Source: Candidatus Egerieisoma sp.
GTDB taxonomy: Bacteria; Bacillota; Clostridia; UBA1212; UBA1255
Direction of reading: 5' to 3'
NCBI GenBank assembly: GCA_045580735.1
Contig: JAZNOJ010000067.1
Coordinates: forward strand, 1 to 59,541
Length of the DNA: 59,541 bases
Part shown: one piece after another, positions 57,193-59,541 of the stretch
Numbering within the stretch: the stretch's first letter is position 1
Layout of the letters: the number at the start of each line of letters is the position of its first letter
The notes under the pieces: model-generated
Told to the model about the DNA's origin: nothing
Databases searched by the model: none
The model's input: only the letters and a program-made list of their open reading frames with translations
Program-made: the position numbers and the translations under genes

Positions 57193-57742
57193 AATGTTCT
57201 AATTGTTTTCCTATTATTGCAGCTGCAGATTGTGTGAGCTTGGCTTCAGTATCACCCATGGACTTTCTTGTATCAGGAGAAAACATTATTACAGAACCAA
57301 TAGGATCTCCGTGTGATATTATAGGGGTAACAACAAATGAGGTCATTTTATCACCATTTACATCTTCTAATATCGGAAAAAAGTCTGTTCTGGAATCTCT
57401 GGAAATATACGTTGCTCTATCTTCCATTGCTTCTTCTAGTTGTTTTGTAATGCGCTTTCCGTTAAATTCTTTTTTTGAAATTCCAGAAACAGCTACTACT
57501 GCATCTCTATCAGTAATACATGTTGGGTATCCGGCTGTTTTAGAAAGACTATCAGCAAAATGCAATGCAAAATCATTTAAATCGCTTATAACAGAGTGCT
57601 TGTGAAGTATTATTTCTCCATTTTCACCTGTGAATATTTCTACAGGATCGCCTTCACGAAGCCTAAATGTGCGTCTGATTTCTTTTGGTATTACTATTCT
57701 TCCTAATTCATCTATTCTACGAACTATACCAGTTGCTTTCAT
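57191..57742 (-). CDS. spoVT: Stage V sporulation protein T (AbrB-family regulator with GAF-like C-domain)
   Basis: MKATGIVRRIDELGRIVIPKEIRRTFRLREGDPVEIF SpoVT-AbrB N-domain; about 180 aa. Confidence 0.9.
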   Translation of the reverse strand: MKATGIVRRIDELGRIVIPKEIRRTFRLREGDPVEIFTGENGEIILHKHSVISDLNDFALHFADSLSKTAGYPTCITDRDAVVAVSGISKKEFNGKRITKQLEEAMEDRATYISRDSRTDFFPILEDVNGDKMTSFVVTPIISHGDPIGSVIMFSPDTRKSMGDTEAKLTQSAAAIIGKQLEH

Positions 57743-57813
57743 AATATATAAATCTCCTTTGTGAATTTTATAACATTGTTATTATTTGTTAAGAAAGGAG
57801 TTTTATACTAGTA

Positions 57814-58140
57814 TTATTGTAAAGAGTCAATATAAACACTTAAAAGTTTTAATGCTGTTTTTTTTTCGTTACTTGAACAAAGTTTTAACGCGTTTGTAAT
57901 ATCTTCTTCTGAAACAGATATGTTCTTTTCTGTTACTAAAATATCGTTTGGCGTGATATTTAACGCCTCGCATATTTTAAGTAATGTTTCAATTCTCATA
58001 TTAGTGCTGCCGCGTTCAATGTCAGCATATGTTCGGTCAGAAAGTTCTGCATTTTCAGCTACTTCTACTCTACTCATTAGCTTTTTGTTTCGTATGTCGT
58101 ATAGTCTATTACCAATAACTTTAAGATCAAAAATAAGCAT
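57814..58140 (-). CDS. XRE-family helix-turn-helix transcriptional regulator
   Basis: IGNRLYDIRNKKLMSRVEVAENAELSDRTYADIERG matches the HTH_3 pattern. Confidence 0.8.
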   Translation of the reverse strand: MLIFDLKVIGNRLYDIRNKKLMSRVEVAENAELSDRTYADIERGSTNMRIETLLKICEALNITPNDILVTEKNISVSEEDITNALKLCSSNEKKTALKLLSVYIDSLQ

Positions 58141-58190
58141 TTCTCTTCCTCCATTGTAGCTCTATATAAGAATTATACTTCCTGTTAGTA

Positions 58191-58219
58191 TTGACAAATA
58201 GGAACAATAGATGTATATT
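58191..58219 (+). promoter_or_regulatory. Sigma-A-type promoter for the 58324 gene
   Basis: TTGACA (58191-58196), 17-nt spacer, TATATT (58214-58219), with TG immediately upstream. Confidence 0.5.
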
Positions 58220-58323
58220 ATGGGAAGAAAAGTTCGTGAGGACTTGTTCTATCATTGTCTAAAATTGCAAATTTATAATATTTAATGATTTGCAAATGAT
58301 TAGTAGAGAAAGGAGGTATAACT

Positions 58324-58749
58324 GTGAAAAAGATAATTTCTTCATTGCTAGTGGTTATTACATTGTTTAGTGTACTTTCGACTTTTAGTATATCTGCTTC
58401 TGCTGCAACATGCATTTTTCCAAGAAGCTCTTATCCTAGTGCAAGCAATACATCTGAATCCTGTACTTGCACGTTAACAAGTAAAAAGAAAGCTAGCGTA
58501 TATGTATGGGCGTATTCAAACAAAAAAAATACATCTATAAATATTCGTATGATTAATCCTACTAATAATAAAGTTATTTGGTCAGAAAAGAATTCATTCA
58601 AATGTTCAAAAATATATATGTATGCTTTCTATCAAGGTGGACGAACATATTATTTGGGTTCTGACCACAAGTCATATAAGTTACAATTCTCTGGAAAAAA
58701 CTTATCTGCGCTTTATGTGAGAAATCCTAGCAAATGTACAATTAAATAA
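58324..58749 (+). CDS. Small secreted protein of unknown function
   Basis: GTG start 7 nt after AAAGGAGG. Signal peptide ends SISASA-A. The mature protein is about 115 aa with 5 Cys. Confidence 0.6.
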   Translation: MKKIISSLLVVITLFSVLSTFSISASAATCIFPRSSYPSASNTSESCTCTLTSKKKASVYVWAYSNKKNTSINIRMINPTNNKVIWSEKNSFKCSKIYMYAFYQGGRTYYLGSDHKSYKLQFSGKNLSALYVRNPSKCTIK

Positions 58750-58804
58750 CAAATTTAGTAAAGGGGATGTTTTACATCCTCTTTACTATTTAAAGGAGTA
58801 GAAT

Positions 58805-59541
58805 ATGAAAAATGTCAAGAAATGTTTATGCTTAATAGTATTTATTTGTTTAATGTTAGCTTCATATAGCTGCCGAGATAAAAAAAATGTTAATAATAAA
58901 TATGATTTTAATGAATATGTAACTCTTTGTGATTATACAAATATCGTAATAGAAAAAAGCTTTACTGAAATTAATGAAGAGGAGATAAATACAATAATTA
59001 ACTTGGATTTTTCTTCAAACAATTATTTTTTAAAAATCAATAAGGATATAATTGAATTAGGCGATTTTGTTTTATTGTCACTTGAAAGTAAGTCTAATGA
59101 ATATAATTTTACAAATTATTATTATGAAGTAGGTTGTAAAGAATTTTCCGAGGAATTTGATATGTATTTGATAGAAAAACAACCTAAAGATTGTTTTGAA
59201 ATTAGTTTAGATAATGTTGTGGTAAAAGTTAATATTGAAGGAATATTTATGTTACCAGATGCAACAGATGAAAAAGTGGTTACAAAATTTTATAATATGA
59301 AAAATATGCAGGAAGTCGAGAATTATTTGAAAGTCCGTGCATATGAAGAAATAGTATATAACTATATGTGGGACTATATTTTAAAAAATTCAAAAGTAAA
59401 AAAATATCCAAAAGAATTATTAAAAGCAATTGAGAATGAAATAAATGATGTGCTTGATAATAAATCATCTACAAATGAATATTTAGAGGGAACGGGAACA
59501 ACTTTGGAAGAAATAGAGAAAAATATTACAGATTATTATTC
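58805..59541 (+). CDS. Lipoprotein, 5' partial at the window end, possibly trigger-factor/PPIase-chaperone-like
   Basis: The open frame runs from the ATG at 58805 to the end of the window and is not in the ORF track because it has no stop. Lipobox LMLASYSC. The later sequence (EKVVTKFYNMKNMQEVENYLK...YPKELLKAIENEIND) resembles a trigger-factor C-domain. This assignment is weak. Confidence 0.5.
   Translation, partial: MKNVKKCLCLIVFICLMLASYSCRDKKNVNNKYDFNEYVTLCDYTNIVIEKSFTEINEEEINTIINLDFSSNNYFLKINKDIIELGDFVLLSLESKSNEYNFTNYYYEVGCKEFSEEFDMYLIEKQPKDCFEISLDNVVVKVNIEGIFMLPDATDEKVVTKFYNMKNMQEVENYLKVRAYEEIVYNYMWDYILKNSKVKKYPKELLKAIENEINDVLDNKSSTNEYLEGTGTTLEEIEKNITDYY

Noticed and set aside
1-59541. 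CRISPR arrays, transposases, integrases, prophage genes, rRNA operons and recognisable defence systems.
   Set aside because: Scanning both strands found no repeat-spacer periodicity, no long terminal inverted repeats and no ORFs with recombinase, nuclease or defence signatures. The window is essentially core chromosome.

Overview
AT-rich chromosomal segment from a Gram-positive, spore-forming anaerobe (Clostridia-like). Spore formation is supported by an alpha/beta-type SASP and SpoVT. About 55 protein genes are present, almost all on the + strand, plus one tRNA-Arg(CCG). Most are housekeeping genes: purL, proC, tadA, mazG, fumC, serA, comEB, tcdA, alaS, polA, coaE, a PiT/DUF47 phosphate pair, a znuCB-like pair, and MATE and ABC exporters. 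No transposase, integrase, CRISPR array or rRNA was found. The stand-out region is about 16.0-28.8 kb. There, one promoter-to-terminator unit encodes, in order: an LDH-family dehydrogenase carrying the malate-dehydrogenase specificity residue; class II fumarase; HdrB/HdrC/HdrA/MvhD-like proteins; two polyferredoxins; an AsrB/HydG/PyrK-like FAD-NAD(P) protein; and a FrdB/FrdA-like pair. No membrane anchor subunit is present, and an AAE-family (succinate-exporter family) transporter follows. I read this as a candidate soluble, quinone-independent, Hdr-coupled NAD(P)H:fumarate reductase module, possibly electron-bifurcating, embedded in an oxaloacetate-to-succinate pathway. Secondary curiosities: an RNase HI-NUDIX fusion; an M50 site-2-protease homolog that has lost HExxH; tandem GH-like paralogs with different predicted localisation; two distant promoters sharing an identical 15-mer at identical spacing; and a poly-valine membrane anchor encoded by a GTN triplet run. 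All functional calls come from motif recognition by eye. No database search was run.
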